A stretch of DNA of 62,320 nucleotides, the filler included. It is 5 parts of 5 records of this genome, joined end to end, with 100 filler letters (N's around TTAATTAATTAA, not from the genome) between each part and the next. Parts side by side here need not be neighbours in the genome. Positions count along the whole stretch, not along the records: positions 26,980 to 39,131 come from SRR2962707_5382; positions 39,232 to 55,433 come from SRR2962707_5388; 3 more parts are not named here. One strand, given 5' to 3'. The translations under genes and the position numbers were made by a program. Positions 30,544 through 40,919 of the stretch are shown here, piece after piece (positions within the stretch are counted from its first letter, which is position 1; every line of letters starts with the position of its first letter). The notes under the pieces are model-generated. The model ran no database searches. It had not been told where the DNA came from and saw only the letters and a program-made list of their open reading frames with translations.

Positions 30544-31962
30544 CTAATTTATTCTGTAGGCGTCTTTCGCTGCTTGATAGCTCAGATGCCTGGCGATTTC
30601 GGTGGCAGAGGATTTGCTCAGGCGGTTTTCGGCGACCCAGTTGGCCAGGAACCCGCTGACTTCGCGGCGCCAGACATCGTGGCGCGCGGGGATGGAGAGC
30701 AGTGCCCGGGTGTCGTCGTTGAAGCCGGCGAGATTGTAGAAGCCGGCGGTTTCCACGACCTGATCGAGATAGCGGCGGATGCCTTGCGGGCTGTCGTGGA
30801 ACCACCAGGGCGGGCCGATCATCAGCGAGGGCCAGTAGCCAGCCATGGGCGCCAGTTCGCGGGCATAGGTGGTCTCGTCGAGCACGAACATGATGATCTG
30901 CAGGTTCGGCTCATTGCCACACCGGCTGAGCAGCGCCTTGAGACCGCCGACATAGTCGGTCGGCCCCGGGATATCGGCGCCCAGATCGGCGCCGCGCTCG
31001 TCAAACAGCAGCGGATCGGTGTTGCGGCGCGAACCGGCGTGGATCTGCATGACCATGCCATCCTCGACCGAGAGCAATGCCATTTCCGTGAGCATCTGGG
31101 CGCGGAACAGTTCGGCGTCATTGGCGTCGTGGCGGCCAGCCAGCACCTTGTCGAGCAGGGCCTGCTTTTCATTGAGCGGCAGATCGGCGGTGTTGGCCGT
31201 GGGCACGCCATGGTCGGTGGCGACAGCGCCAAATTTGCGGAAATATTCGCGGCGCTTGCGATGAGCGTTGATCAGCCCATCCCATTTGGTGATGTCCTCG
31301 CCGGTGAGCTCGCCGAATTTATGCAGATTTTCGACAATGGCGGCGCGGCTCGGGTCGGTGACGTCGTCGGGACGGTAGGTGGTGCGGACCTGGCCGATCA
31401 GGCCCTGTTCGGCCATGGACTGGTGATGGGCCAGCGGATCGAGCGCAAACTCTGTGGTGGCGATGACCTCGACCTTGAAGCGATCGAGAATAGCGCGCGG
31501 CAGCAGATCGGGTGACGCCAGCTTGGCGTCGATGGCATCGTAGATGCTGTCGGCGGTGGCGCCGGACAGTTCCTCGGTGATGCCAAAGACCGCATGCAGG
31601 GAATGGTCGACCCAGGTTTTCGACGGCGTGCCGGCGAACAAATAGTAGTTCTCGGCAAACAGCCGCCAGGCCGCGCGGCCATCGGTTTGGATGGTCTTGC
31701 CATCCTTGCGGGGGATGCCCAGCGCATCATAGCTGATGCCGCGGCTCTTGAGCATGCGCAGCACATAATGGTCCGGTGTCAGGAACAGCGCGGTGGGGCT
31801 GGCAAAGCGACCGTTCTGCGCGAACCAGGATGGATCGGTGTGGCCGTGCGGGCTGATTAGCGGCAGATCGCTGACGGTGCCGTAGAGATCGCGCGCAATG
31901 GCGCGCGCCGGCTCGGAGGCGGGAAACAATCGGTCGGGATGGAGATGGCTTGGCTGGGTCAT
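30544..31962 (-). CDS. uxaC: Uronate isomerase
   Basis: ISPHGHTDP, PDHYVLRML, GPPWWFHDS and GFNDDTRA..IPARHD. Confidence 0.95.
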   Translation of the reverse strand: MTQPSHLHPDRLFPASEPARAIARDLYGTVSDLPLISPHGHTDPSWFAQNGRFASPTALFLTPDHYVLRMLKSRGISYDALGIPRKDGKTIQTDGRAAWRLFAENYYLFAGTPSKTWVDHSLHAVFGITEELSGATADSIYDAIDAKLASPDLLPRAILDRFKVEVIATTEFALDPLAHHQSMAEQGLIGQVRTTYRPDDVTDPSRAAIVENLHKFGELTGEDITKWDGLINAHRKRREYFRKFGAVATDHGVPTANTADLPLNEKQALLDKVLAGRHDANDAELFRAQMLTEMALLSVEDGMVMQIHAGSRRNTDPLLFDERGADLGADIPGPTDYVGGLKALLSRCGNEPNLQIIMFVLDETTYARELAPMAGYWPSLMIGPPWWFHDSPQGIRRYLDQVVETAGFYNLAGFNDDTRALLSIPARHDVWRREVSGFLANWVAENRLSKSSATEIARHLSYQAAKDAYRIN

Positions 31963-32343
31963 GGAGGAGGTTGTGCCACGTTCACCGGGCAGTTTCAACA
32001 TCTTCCATACAAGATGGGATCACAGGGGATTTGAACCAAATTAACCGCAAAGGGAGAACGCGCTTGGATGGTCGGAGGCTCGCGGTATCCTCGGTGCCAT
32101 CAAGGGTAAGAAACGGCCCAGCAAGGCGGCTGCCCGGCAATCACATTGCGTTCCCTTTGGAATGGCGTGTTGCGGAGGCGGCAAGATGACCCATCTCGAT
32201 CTCGACCAGTCCGGCTCGGACGTGACCCGCCTGCGGCGCGGCGTTCCGGCGCAGCGCCGGCGGCTGATGGTGATATCGGGCTTTGCGTGTGCCTTTGCCA
32301 TGGTCGGCGTGGCCGCAGCAGTGCTGAACGCCCTGCTCTAGCT

Positions 32344-34182
32344 TCAGGCGCTGGCAGAAATGCGCCGGGGCAAATCCGGCTTCTGGCCAAAAAGCTGCAA
32401 CATGGGGGTCAAGTCCTGGGCCGGGACGGGGCGTGAATACAGATAGCCTTGCCCCATCTGGCACCCATACCGCCCCAGAATATCGGCCTGTTGGCTGGTT
32501 TCAATGCCCTCGGCGACCACGCGCATGTCGAGTTGGCGGGCGATGTCGAGAATGGCGCGCGTCACCACGCCGCTGGGCTCGTCAACGCCCAGTCTTTCGA
32601 CAAAGGAGCGGTCGATCTTGATGATATCGACCGGGAAGCTGAGCAGATGGGTGAGCGAGGCATAACCAGTACCGAAATCATCCAGCGCGACGAGGAGCCC
32701 GAGATCGCGCAGGGCTTCCACGGCTCGGGGCACCGTCTGATCACTGTCGCCCATGAAGACGGATTCATTGACCTCGAGCACGACATGGCTGAGCGACACG
32801 TTCTGGCGGGCAAAGATGTCCTGGATTCGCTGGGCCAGGTCGCCACGCTGGAAGTCGCCGGTGGTGACGTTGATCCCCACATGTTGAAACGGAATGCCTG
32901 CGTCGAGCCAGGTACGGATGTCGCGCGCGACGTGTTCGAGCATCGTGCCGGTCAGTTCATAAGCAATGCGCGGATCCTCGAGCCCGCTCTGGAACGCCCC
33001 GGCAGAGACGATGGTGCCATCCGGCATGACGAGGCGAGCGAGCGCTTCCAGACCAACGATTTCAGCGGTTTCGAGCCGCACAATGGGCTGGTAGTGGGCG
33101 ATCAGCCGGCCTTCGTTCAGGGCAGAACCAAGCTGGCGCACCGTGGCGATCCGTTCGACCATGTCGGTGCGCAGATCCGGGCGAAAGCCGACATAGCCGC
33201 CGCGATGGGTCTGCTTGGCCTGATAAAGCGCAAAATCCGCATTCTGGCACAGGGTATCGGAGTCGGCGCCATCGACGCCGAACAGTGCGCCGCCCAGCGT
33301 CACATGGGCGTCGATGGTCTGATCACCGACCTCGACCATCCCCGAGGCTGCGGCCAGCACGCGGGCGGCAGCGGCCTCGAGACTGGCGTGGTCGGCGCAA
33401 TCGGAGACAAGCATGGCGATCTCATCGCCGCCCTGGCGGCAGGGCAGGATGTCTGGACCACATTGGCGCAGGCGATCGGCAATGGCGCGGATGAGTGCAT
33501 CGCCAGCGGCGTGGCCGATGCTGTCATTGACCAGCTTGAGATGGTCGATATCGAGCAGGATGAGCCCGAAGGGTTCGCCAACCAGGATGCGCTCGGCCAG
33601 CGCCGCGTTGAAATGGCCCCGATTGGGGAGGCCGGTCAGCACGTCGAAATAGGCCAGGCGATGGTTTCTGGCACGGACACGTTCATGTTCGATCGCCAGG
33701 GCGCAGAGGTGGAGGCAAGTGTCCACCACGTCGCGCTCGAAAGCGGAGGGGCCACGCTTGGTGTCGTAGTAAAAGGCAAAGGTGGCGACCACCTTGCCCT
33801 CGCTGTTGTGGATGGGGCTGGACCAGCACGCCTGCAACCCCAGCGGCAGGGCCAGCGCCTTATAGTCAGCCCAAAGCGGGTCGGTTTCGATATCGGTGAC
33901 GATCACCGGTTCGCCGCGCCACGCGGCGGTGCCGCAGGAGCCGGCGCACGGGCCGATCGGGACACCGTCCACTGCAGCCGAATATGTGACCGGCAGGCTG
34001 GGACCGGCGAGCGGACGCACCTTGCCCTCTTCGATCAGCAGGATGGAACAGGCAACCCCGGGCACACGGCTCTCGACGCGGCGGCACAAAATGTCGCCGA
34101 CCTCGGCCAGTTCTTCACCTCGCGCGACGGCTTCCAGGACTTCCGTCTGTACGCGGAGCAGGAGTTCGGTATCGCCCGCCAC
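32344..34182 (-). CDS. GAF-GGDEF-EAL c-di-GMP signalling protein
   Basis: GAF (GSCGTAAWRG), DVLTGLPNR, RQGGDEI, EALAR, DDFGTGYASL and IKIDRSF. Confidence 0.93.
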   Translation of the reverse strand: MAGDTELLLRVQTEVLEAVARGEELAEVGDILCRRVESRVPGVACSILLIEEGKVRPLAGPSLPVTYSAAVDGVPIGPCAGSCGTAAWRGEPVIVTDIETDPLWADYKALALPLGLQACWSSPIHNSEGKVVATFAFYYDTKRGPSAFERDVVDTCLHLCALAIEHERVRARNHRLAYFDVLTGLPNRGHFNAALAERILVGEPFGLILLDIDHLKLVNDSIGHAAGDALIRAIADRLRQCGPDILPCRQGGDEIAMLVSDCADHASLEAAAARVLAAASGMVEVGDQTIDAHVTLGGALFGVDGADSDTLCQNADFALYQAKQTHRGGYVGFRPDLRTDMVERIATVRQLGSALNEGRLIAHYQPIVRLETAEIVGLEALARLVMPDGTIVSAGAFQSGLEDPRIAYELTGTMLEHVARDIRTWLDAGIPFQHVGINVTTGDFQRGDLAQRIQDIFARQNVSLSHVVLEVNESVFMGDSDQTVPRAVEALRDLGLLVALDDFGTGYASLTHLLSFPVDIIKIDRSFVERLGVDEPSGVVTRAILDIARQLDMRVVAEGIETSQQADILGRYGCQMGQGYLYSRPVPAQDLTPMLQLFGQKPDLPRRISASA

Positions 34183-34346
34183 CTTGCTGGCTCCCAGTTT
34201 GCTAGGCGATGAGACTAGCAGACCGCGCGTAAAGGGAGTGTTTGCGGAAGAATGCAGATTGAATCAATTTGTGCCGGGCTTTTTGGGTGCGGCCCGGGAC
34301 AGCAAATAGGTGGCCATGGACAATGTCCACGGCCACCTTGATGGTT

Positions 34347-36752
34347 CTAGCTCGGCAGCTTGAACGCCACGACCTTGGTGGAATAGCGCGACTGGATAGC
34401 ACCCTGCCCGCCGGCGATGACGGCGATATATTGCTCGCCATCAAGGGTATAGCTGATCGGGTTGCCGCCAGCGGCGGGCAGTTCGTATTGCCAGACGACT
34501 TCACCGGTGGCGAGATCATAGGCGCGCAGGATGTTGTCCTTGGCACCGGCGTTGAAACCGATGCCGCCTGCCACAATCAGCGAACCGCCATGGGTCGGGG
34601 TGCCCATGGGGATTTCCCAGGGAACCGAGATGCCCAGGGCGCCACTGCCCTTGGCGCTGCCATAGGTATTGGACCAGAGCAGCTTGCCGGTGTTGAGATC
34701 CACCGCGCTGATAAAGCCATAGGGCGGATCGATGCAGGGGGTGTTGAGCGCGGTCAGCCAGAATTGCGGGAAGGCAGCATAGGGCACATTTTGCTGTGCC
34801 ACCACACCACCGACTTCACGCGGATCGCCCCATTCGCTCTGTGGCTCCACGCCCATAGCGTCGGCCTCTTCGCGCGTCAAAAGCTCGGTATAGCTGGCGA
34901 AGCGGTTGGAGTTGACGAGCATAACGCCATTGGTCGGGTCGACCGAAACGCCGCCCCAGTTGATGGCGCCAAAGCTGCTCGGCGACTGGACATAGGGATC
35001 CAGACCCGGCGGGGTGTTCGGGCCTTCATAGCGCGCCTGCTTGAACTTGACGCGGCAATAGAGCTGATCGAAGGGCGAGACGCCCCACATATCCGCCTCG
35101 GTCAAGTTTGCACCCCGGAAGGAGGGCAGGCTGTTCGAGAAGGGCTGGGTGGGCGAATTGCGCTCTTCGGGCACGACGCCGCCCTGCGGCATTTCCACTT
35201 CGGTGACCGGGAAGATCGGTTCGCCGGTGATGCGGTCGAGCACGAAGATCTCGCCGGCCTTGGTCGGCTGGATCAGTGCCTTGCGCATGGTGCCAGTGGC
35301 ATCGGGCAGCTCCAGGAGAGTGGGTGGCGAGGCCACATCATGGTCCCAGATGTCGTGATGCTTGGTCTGGAAAGACCAGCGGACACGGCCGGTTTCCGCG
35401 TCGAGCGCCACGACCGAAGAGCTGTACTGGTCATCAAACTCACGACGCTGGCCGCCGAAATAGTCGGGGGTGGCATTGCCGGTAGGGAGGTAGACCAGAC
35501 CCAGCTCTTCATCAGCCGAAGCCGGCGCCCAGCTATTGGGCGTGGCCACGGTATAGCTTTCGCCATCGGGCGGCAGGCCGGTTTCGTTCGGACGGCCCAT
35601 ATCCCAGGCCCAGGAGAGTTCGCCGGTGACCGCATCGAAGGCGCGGATAACGCCGGAGGTTTCGCCCCAATACTGGCCATCGGTAACCCAGCCGCCCACG
35701 ACCACCTTGCCGCGCACATAGGTGGGGGCAGAGGTGACCTTGTAATAGCCGCCGATGAACTTGCCTTCGTGGTCTTCCATGCCCACGGAGAGATCGGCCA
35801 TGCCGCCCTCGCCGAAGTCGGCGCAGAGCTGGCCGGTTCCGGCATCGACGGCCACCAGCTTGGCGGTACCGGTTCCGGCAATGATGCGTTCGGCGCATGC
35901 GCCGCTCAGGCCCGGTTCGGCGTGGAAGGTAACGCCACGGCAGGTGCCGCCATGACCTTCTGAGGCGTCGTACATCCAGCGTTCAGCACCGGTCGCCGCG
36001 TCGAGCGCGAAGAGCTGGCTGAACTGGTTGCACATATAGATCGTGTCATCGATCTTGAGCGGAGTGGAATTATTGGCCGGAATGCGGCCCACATCGACCG
36101 ACCAGGCCACTTCGAGCGTATCGATATTGTCGAGGGTAATCTGGTCGAGCGGCGAGTATTTCTGGCCACCCTGGTCTCCACCGAAATAGGGCCAGTCCGC
36201 ACCGGTCTGACCGGCGGGGGCGGCGCCATTGGCTGCGGGATAGGCGCCAAAGCCGGTCTGGAAACGCGGATCCTGCGGCAGGCCGGGCGCGCTGACACCG
36301 TAAAGCGCGGCACCCAGGCCGACCGACACGACCGTACCAGCCAGGATGAGACCGGCAGCGCCAGCCGGCACCTTGCCGGCGAAATTCAGCCTGCCCGAGA
36401 GCGCATGCTGGCTCCAGGGCAGGAGCAGCCAGATGCCGAAGGCGAAGGGGATCAGCAGGCGGGGCATCAATGCCCAGCCGTCAAAGCCGACTTCCCAGAT
36501 GGCCCAGACAATGGTGATGGCCAGGGTCAGCCCGAAAAGCCAGGCACCCAAGCGCCGTCCGCGGAACAGCAGTATCGCAGCGGCAAGGAACAAAATGCCC
36601 GAAATCACGTAATAGAGCGAGCCGCCCAGCGTGGCGAGATAACCGCCGCCGCCGATGAAAATCAGGGCCATGACGCCCAGCACGATGGCGAAGAGCCACA
36701 TCAGCCCGCGCGCCAGAATATGCGGGGGTTTGGCCCCGCCTTGGTTACTCAT
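34347..36752 (-). CDS. Membrane-bound PQQ-dependent dehydrogenase, glucose/quinate/shikimate family
   Basis: Five N-terminal TM helices, YSPLDQI, CRGV, TPNSW, HHDIWDHD and PPYG. Confidence 0.92.
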   Translation of the reverse strand: MSNQGGAKPPHILARGLMWLFAIVLGVMALIFIGGGGYLATLGGSLYYVISGILFLAAAILLFRGRRLGAWLFGLTLAITIVWAIWEVGFDGWALMPRLLIPFAFGIWLLLPWSQHALSGRLNFAGKVPAGAAGLILAGTVVSVGLGAALYGVSAPGLPQDPRFQTGFGAYPAANGAAPAGQTGADWPYFGGDQGGQKYSPLDQITLDNIDTLEVAWSVDVGRIPANNSTPLKIDDTIYMCNQFSQLFALDAATGAERWMYDASEGHGGTCRGVTFHAEPGLSGACAERIIAGTGTAKLVAVDAGTGQLCADFGEGGMADLSVGMEDHEGKFIGGYYKVTSAPTYVRGKVVVGGWVTDGQYWGETSGVIRAFDAVTGELSWAWDMGRPNETGLPPDGESYTVATPNSWAPASADEELGLVYLPTGNATPDYFGGQRREFDDQYSSSVVALDAETGRVRWSFQTKHHDIWDHDVASPPTLLELPDATGTMRKALIQPTKAGEIFVLDRITGEPIFPVTEVEMPQGGVVPEERNSPTQPFSNSLPSFRGANLTEADMWGVSPFDQLYCRVKFKQARYEGPNTPPGLDPYVQSPSSFGAINWGGVSVDPTNGVMLVNSNRFASYTELLTREEADAMGVEPQSEWGDPREVGGVVAQQNVPYAAFPQFWLTALNTPCIDPPYGFISAVDLNTGKLLWSNTYGSAKGSGALGISVPWEIPMGTPTHGGSLIVAGGIGFNAGAKDNILRAYDLATGEVVWQYELPAAGGNPISYTLDGEQYIAVIAGGQGAIQSRYSTKVVAFKLPS

Positions 36753-36781
36753 TGAAATGCCTCCTAGAGTATATTTGTGTT

Positions 36782-37267
36782 TCAGGGGTCGGGTGTGTCC
36801 GCCCCTGTTTGAGGGTAGAGAACCTTGTTCATGGCCAGGGACAGGCGCTGAACGCGTTCGAGGTAAAGGGCGATGGCCAGCAGGTTGTCGTCCGAGAGAT
36901 CGGCGAGCGCCGCCTCATATTCGCGCGAAATGCGCCGATGCAGCCGAAGCGGCTCGGCCGCGGCCACCTCGTCGAGCACGATCAGCACGCTGCGCCGATC
37001 CCTGGGGTGGCGCTCACGCCGCACAAAACCGGCCTTTTCCAGACGATCGAGCAGTGCGGTGCCGGCGCCGGAGGTCAGCCCGAGATAGGCGATGATCTCG
37101 CGCGGACTGGCAGGTTCATTGCGCGCCAGCAGGTAACCCATGCAGCGAAAATCGGTGGGGTGGATGCCATGATGGCGAGCCGCCGCCTCCTGGGCCTCTT
37201 CGGCCCGCCGGATCATCCCGACCAGCGCGGCCCCGACCCTGTTCTGTAATTCTTGCCGATCCGGCAC
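36782..37267 (-). CDS. MarR-family regulator
   Basis: GIHPTDFRC, LGLTSGAGTALLDRLEKAG and HPRDRRS; directly upstream of the PQQ dehydrogenase. Confidence 0.9.
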   Translation of the reverse strand: MPDRQELQNRVGAALVGMIRRAEEAQEAAARHHGIHPTDFRCMGYLLARNEPASPREIIAYLGLTSGAGTALLDRLEKAGFVRRERHPRDRRSVLIVLDEVAAAEPLRLHRRISREYEAALADLSDDNLLAIALYLERVQRLSLAMNKVLYPQTGADTPDP

Positions 37268-37508
37268 GGTATGTCACATTCGATAAGTATCTTTATGGTG
37301 AAGATATATGGGTGTGGCGTGTTGGGCAAGGGTGGGGCGAGAGGGGGGCGGCTGAGAGCGGGGCGCGACGGCCAGATATAGATCTCAGTGGTGAAGGCTA
37401 GCGTGAGCGTGGCGGGGCTGCAATGCGGGCGGTGGTGGAGCCCACGATACTATGGGAGCTTGCTCGACAGGCCTGGTGGCCCCGGGAGGCGTAAGCAGAT
37501 CGCCCGTT

Positions 37509-38072
37509 CTACTGACGCTTGACCGCGAAGTCTGCGGCCAAAAGCTTTCCAGAGCAGTCCACTAGGAGTTTAGCGGCCTCGTAATCCTCGTCAAAACCCC
37601 AAACCCGATACTCGAGCTGAATCAGCCCATCTAGGGCTTTCAATGATACTGCCTCATCGACCCCACCAATGGTTCGATTAAAGCCCGTATGGCTGAAAAA
37701 GTCCGCGTATCGACTAGCCTCGAACCCGTCGACCACGTGCCCTGCACTAACGACATAAGCGTTGGTTCGGATCTTGGCGAACCAGTCGCGGCACTCTCGC
37801 TCATAGTCCCGCTCTGACAGAGGCGGATAGAGCACCTCACTGCGATAGATGACAATCAAGTTCCTTTCCCAATCGTAGGACACACCGATGTCCTCGCCAG
37901 GCCAGGTCTTGAGCACATGGCGCTCAAGTCGGTCGATGCCCCAGTCCATCATCGAGGGAGTGTCATTGAGAAATCGGTTTGCAGTGCTGTCGGGCCCTGC
38001 TGTCGCCAACGTTGCTCCAAACGCTGTCAGGACCACTCCAGCGGCCACACCGGTTCGTTTCACTGACTTCAT
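37509..38072 (-). CDS. Hypothetical secreted protein
   Basis: Signal-peptide-like MKSVKRTGVAAGVVLTAFGATLATA; visibly lower GC than the upstream genes. Confidence 0.6.
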   Translation of the reverse strand: MKSVKRTGVAAGVVLTAFGATLATAGPDSTANRFLNDTPSMMDWGIDRLERHVLKTWPGEDIGVSYDWERNLIVIYRSEVLYPPLSERDYERECRDWFAKIRTNAYVVSAGHVVDGFEASRYADFFSHTGFNRTIGGVDEAVSLKALDGLIQLEYRVWGFDEDYEAAKLLVDCSGKLLAADFAVKRQ

Positions 38073-38306
38073 CCCCATTTCGCGCCCTCGTTTCCCGGCG
38101 CAGCGGTAAGTTAGCGGCAAGATGTCAGACGCATCAATCCGTTCTACAAACCGCGGGCAAACCGACGGATCGGCGGTCAGCTGGAAGTGTTGTTGGGCCG
38201 GGTGACGGCCGCCGGAGAAAACCAGCATTCCCGACTTCCTCGCCCTAAGTAACCAGATCAACGCCACTATGCCAATGCGGCACAAGATCGATCGGAGACT
38301 CGAACT

Positions 38307-39089
38307 TTAGGCAGAACCCTCATCTGCCTCCGGCGGCGCGATAACCGCCTGTGCCTTTGCCGCCTTGAAATTGGCGATGGCCGCCTTCTTTTCAGCCGCG
38401 ACGGATTTGATCTTATCCAGTTTTTGCTGCCGGGTGTGTCGAGAGCTGTACCATTCTTCGAATAGCATCTCGATCAGCTCGATAAGGGCTTGCGCCTCAC
38501 CTGGGTCGACATCAACGATAAGGCTGATGTCTTTCTCCATATGGGCGCCGATGTTGCCTATTTCACGGATACTGTCGATGGCTTCTACTGTTTCCGCCTG
38601 CACGCCTTTCGGTGCATTGCCACTGTCGACCTGAGCTTTGAGCTCTTTGATCTCGTCAACGAGACGGTTCTTGGAGATGTCACAGAAGTCTCGGATCATT
38701 CCCTGCAAACAGCGCCTTGCGAGGGTAGCTGAAGCTTTCGGGCTCTTGTCCCTGATCAGGCATGCTTCGTAGTAATCCTCACGCAATGGGGCGGGGATAT
38801 AGGATGGCTGCGGTTTAGCCGAGGATTCTGGGCGAAGGCGCCACCGCCCTAGTTCCTCTTCAGTGAGGCCCATATAGCCGTTTGGCTTATGACCCCATTT
38901 ACCAAGCACCGTAGTGAGGGTGACCTCATTGCAGGCAGGATTGGCGCAGCGAACTCCTAGGACAGCAACACCAACGCGGCCATGCTTCGTTACTCCAACA
39001 TCGACGTGAGTTTCGTTGCTAAAGGATGTCGCGTTAGTCACTACCTGGTGGGCGCCACAAAAGTCGCATTTCCATTCAAAGTTCGCCAT
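38307..39089 (-). CDS. DUF4145 (HEPN-like) protein with an N-terminal Zn ribbon
   Basis: CDFC..CANPAC, EDYYEACLI..ASATLARRCLQ and IREIGNIGAH (RxxxNxxxH). Confidence 0.85.
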   Translation of the reverse strand: MANFEWKCDFCGAHQVVTNATSFSNETHVDVGVTKHGRVGVAVLGVRCANPACNEVTLTTVLGKWGHKPNGYMGLTEEELGRWRLRPESSAKPQPSYIPAPLREDYYEACLIRDKSPKASATLARRCLQGMIRDFCDISKNRLVDEIKELKAQVDSGNAPKGVQAETVEAIDSIREIGNIGAHMEKDISLIVDVDPGEAQALIELIEMLFEEWYSSRHTRQQKLDKIKSVAAEKKAAIANFKAAKAQAVIAPPEADEGSA

Positions 39090-39131
39090 TTACGTCTGCC
39101 CCCATGTCGCGCCCTTGTCGCGTGGCGCTGC

Positions 39132-39231
39132 NNNNNNNNNNNNNNNNNNNNNNNNNNNNNNNNNNNNNNNNNNNNTTAATTAATTAANNNNNNNNNNNNN
39201 NNNNNNNNNNNNNNNNNNNNNNNNNNNNNNN
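39132..39231. other. Artificial contig linker
   Basis: N44-TTAATTAATTAA-N44. Confidence 0.99.
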
Positions 39232-39388
39232 GCTCGCGCTCGATATCCATCGAGTCGAGCACCTGCTCTTTCATCTCGCGCACGGTCAACCCGCCGCAAA
39301 GCTGGATGAGGCGGTCGGCGAGGGTCGACTTGCCGTGGTCGATATGGGCAATGATCGAGAAATTACGGATATGGGAAAGGTCGGTCAT
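39232..39388 (-). CDS. lepA: Elongation factor 4, 5' part only
   Basis: [39 protein letters not shown]. Confidence 0.95.
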
Positions 39389-39514
39389 GGGGCCTACTGG
39401 TGCTCGGACGGGCCCATATAGCATTGGCCGGGGCGCAAGCCAATTGGGGGATTCAGAGGTCGTTTTTGAACTCCCCAAGCCCCCCCAGCACGGCTTGATC
39501 ACGACCCTGGTGAT

Positions 39515-40420
39515 CTAGGAGAAACGACGACTTTGGCGATATTTCAGGCGCTCTTTAGATGTCATGTTCTCATAGCCATCAGAATCGCCTTCTTCATCAG
39601 CGGTCTCGTACCAAAGCATGATCAGTGCATATCCCTTCGCCCGGAGACAAATCTGTTCATAGAGACTCGGAGCCCTTTTACCCCATTCCACATCTATCCA
39701 CGTTTCCGGAAGTACGGAGTCCACATTACCGGGCGTTCCTTCTTTAAGACCTTTGCGGTGGAACGTGGAACCAGTCGGCACCTTTTGCCCTTTCCTGACT
39801 ACAACAAAAGGGAATCGGCGCTGATTTCTGTAAGTGCGCAAAACAGCGCCGTTGTGGACTAAAACAAAAGCAACTGCTGCGGGGTGATATTCCGTATACG
39901 TACGGCTCATTGCTTCACGGCTAACGTCAAAGTTATCCGCCAACTCAAACACATGTTCGATGCTGGGCTCCTTAGAAACAAGGAGTGGTCGCAGCAATGG
40001 CGGCGGCATCAGCATGAGCGATGAGAATCTATTGGCTTCCACTTCCATCCGCGCACGCCGTTCTTGCTCCTTTACGTGAAGCAGCGCCATGTCGCTCGCG
40101 GAACACAGGAACTGACCCTCCTTATCAGGAACATGAGTGGCTATAAGGAAGTGACCAAGTTCATGTCCCACAGTGAACCTTCGCCTTTGCCGCGTCAGCC
40201 CCTGCTTCACGAGGATGATTCCCGTACTCCGGGAAGTATCCGTGAGAAGTCCGCCGACAAAGCCTTCTGTTTTCAGGCTTTGGATCTCTTGGATATCAAG
40301 TTGATAGCAAAGCTCCTCAATTGGCACGGGGTACATCAGACTTGGCTCGCTCTTGAGAATTAGCTGAACGAGCCCATCCGGCGAGCCTCGGTCGGCCAAA
40401 TCTATTCGGGCGACTGCCAT
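39515..40420 (-). CDS. ImmA/IrrE-family Zn metallopeptidase, CapP-like
   Basis: RRRFTVGHELGHF (HExxH), EVEANRFSSLMLMP, HTH-like LADNFDVSREA and a C-terminal GAF-like region; 301 aa. Confidence 0.88.
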   Translation of the reverse strand: MAVARIDLADRGSPDGLVQLILKSEPSLMYPVPIEELCYQLDIQEIQSLKTEGFVGGLLTDTSRSTGIILVKQGLTRQRRRFTVGHELGHFLIATHVPDKEGQFLCSASDMALLHVKEQERRARMEVEANRFSSLMLMPPPLLRPLLVSKEPSIEHVFELADNFDVSREAMSRTYTEYHPAAVAFVLVHNGAVLRTYRNQRRFPFVVVRKGQKVPTGSTFHRKGLKEGTPGNVDSVLPETWIDVEWGKRAPSLYEQICLRAKGYALIMLWYETADEEGDSDGYENMTSKERLKYRQSRRFS

Positions 40421-40429
40421 GAGCAGATA

Positions 40430-40750
40430 TCACTCTTTGGGAGTTTTTAGACGTTCCATCAGTAGGCGAATTGTTTCTCGATCAGATACGTCAAGCGATT
40501 TTAGCTCTCGATATAGCGCCACCAGATCGGTGTCTTCACCTTCCGCATCCGGATTCTCGCCAACTAAATCTGCAACGCTGACTCTGTAGTAGCTAGCAAT
40601 CTTCGTAAGGAGCTCAAGAGAAGGATTCTTGCTTCTTCCTGTTTCTAAATCCCAGATGTGAGTCTTTGATGCGCCTATCGCGTCAGCCACATCTTGAAGC
40701 GACTGTCGGTGCTTCACTCTCAGTTCTTTCAACTTTTGACCTACTGCCAT
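40430..40750 (-). CDS. XRE-family HTH repressor, CapH-like
   Basis: GQKLKELR..SLQDVADAIGASKTHIWDLETGRSKNPS plus a short helical C-terminus; 106 aa; 9 nt upstream of the peptidase. Confidence 0.88.
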   Translation of the reverse strand: MAVGQKLKELRVKHRQSLQDVADAIGASKTHIWDLETGRSKNPSLELLTKIASYYRVSVADLVGENPDAEGEDTDLVALYRELKSLDVSDRETIRLLMERLKTPKE

Positions 40751-40800
40751 CAAAACCCCTGCCGGAATCACGAAAGGCGCGCTCGCCATGGCGGCACGCC

Positions 40801-40872
40801 GTACGATTATTATTGGACGAATTTATACCGGCAGGATTGACGCCACAAGCCGTTCGATGTATCTGTACGAAT
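40801..40872. promoter_or_regulatory. Divergent promoter region with two imperfect GTWCGAT..ACGAAT sites
   Basis: 40801-40822 GTACGATTATTATTGGACGAAT and 40852-40872 GTTCGATGTATCTGTACGAAT flank a TTGACG -35-like hexamer. Confidence 0.4.
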
Positions 40873-40919
40873 ACGGGGGTTCATACCGGACTCTCGATTT
40901 CTTTACGAGAGGATCGAAC

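Noticed and set aside
32041-32301. ORF starting MAKAHAKPDITIS, faintly like an Rnk/GreA N-terminus
   Set aside because: Similarity is limited to a few residues; too weak to call a gene or pseudogene.
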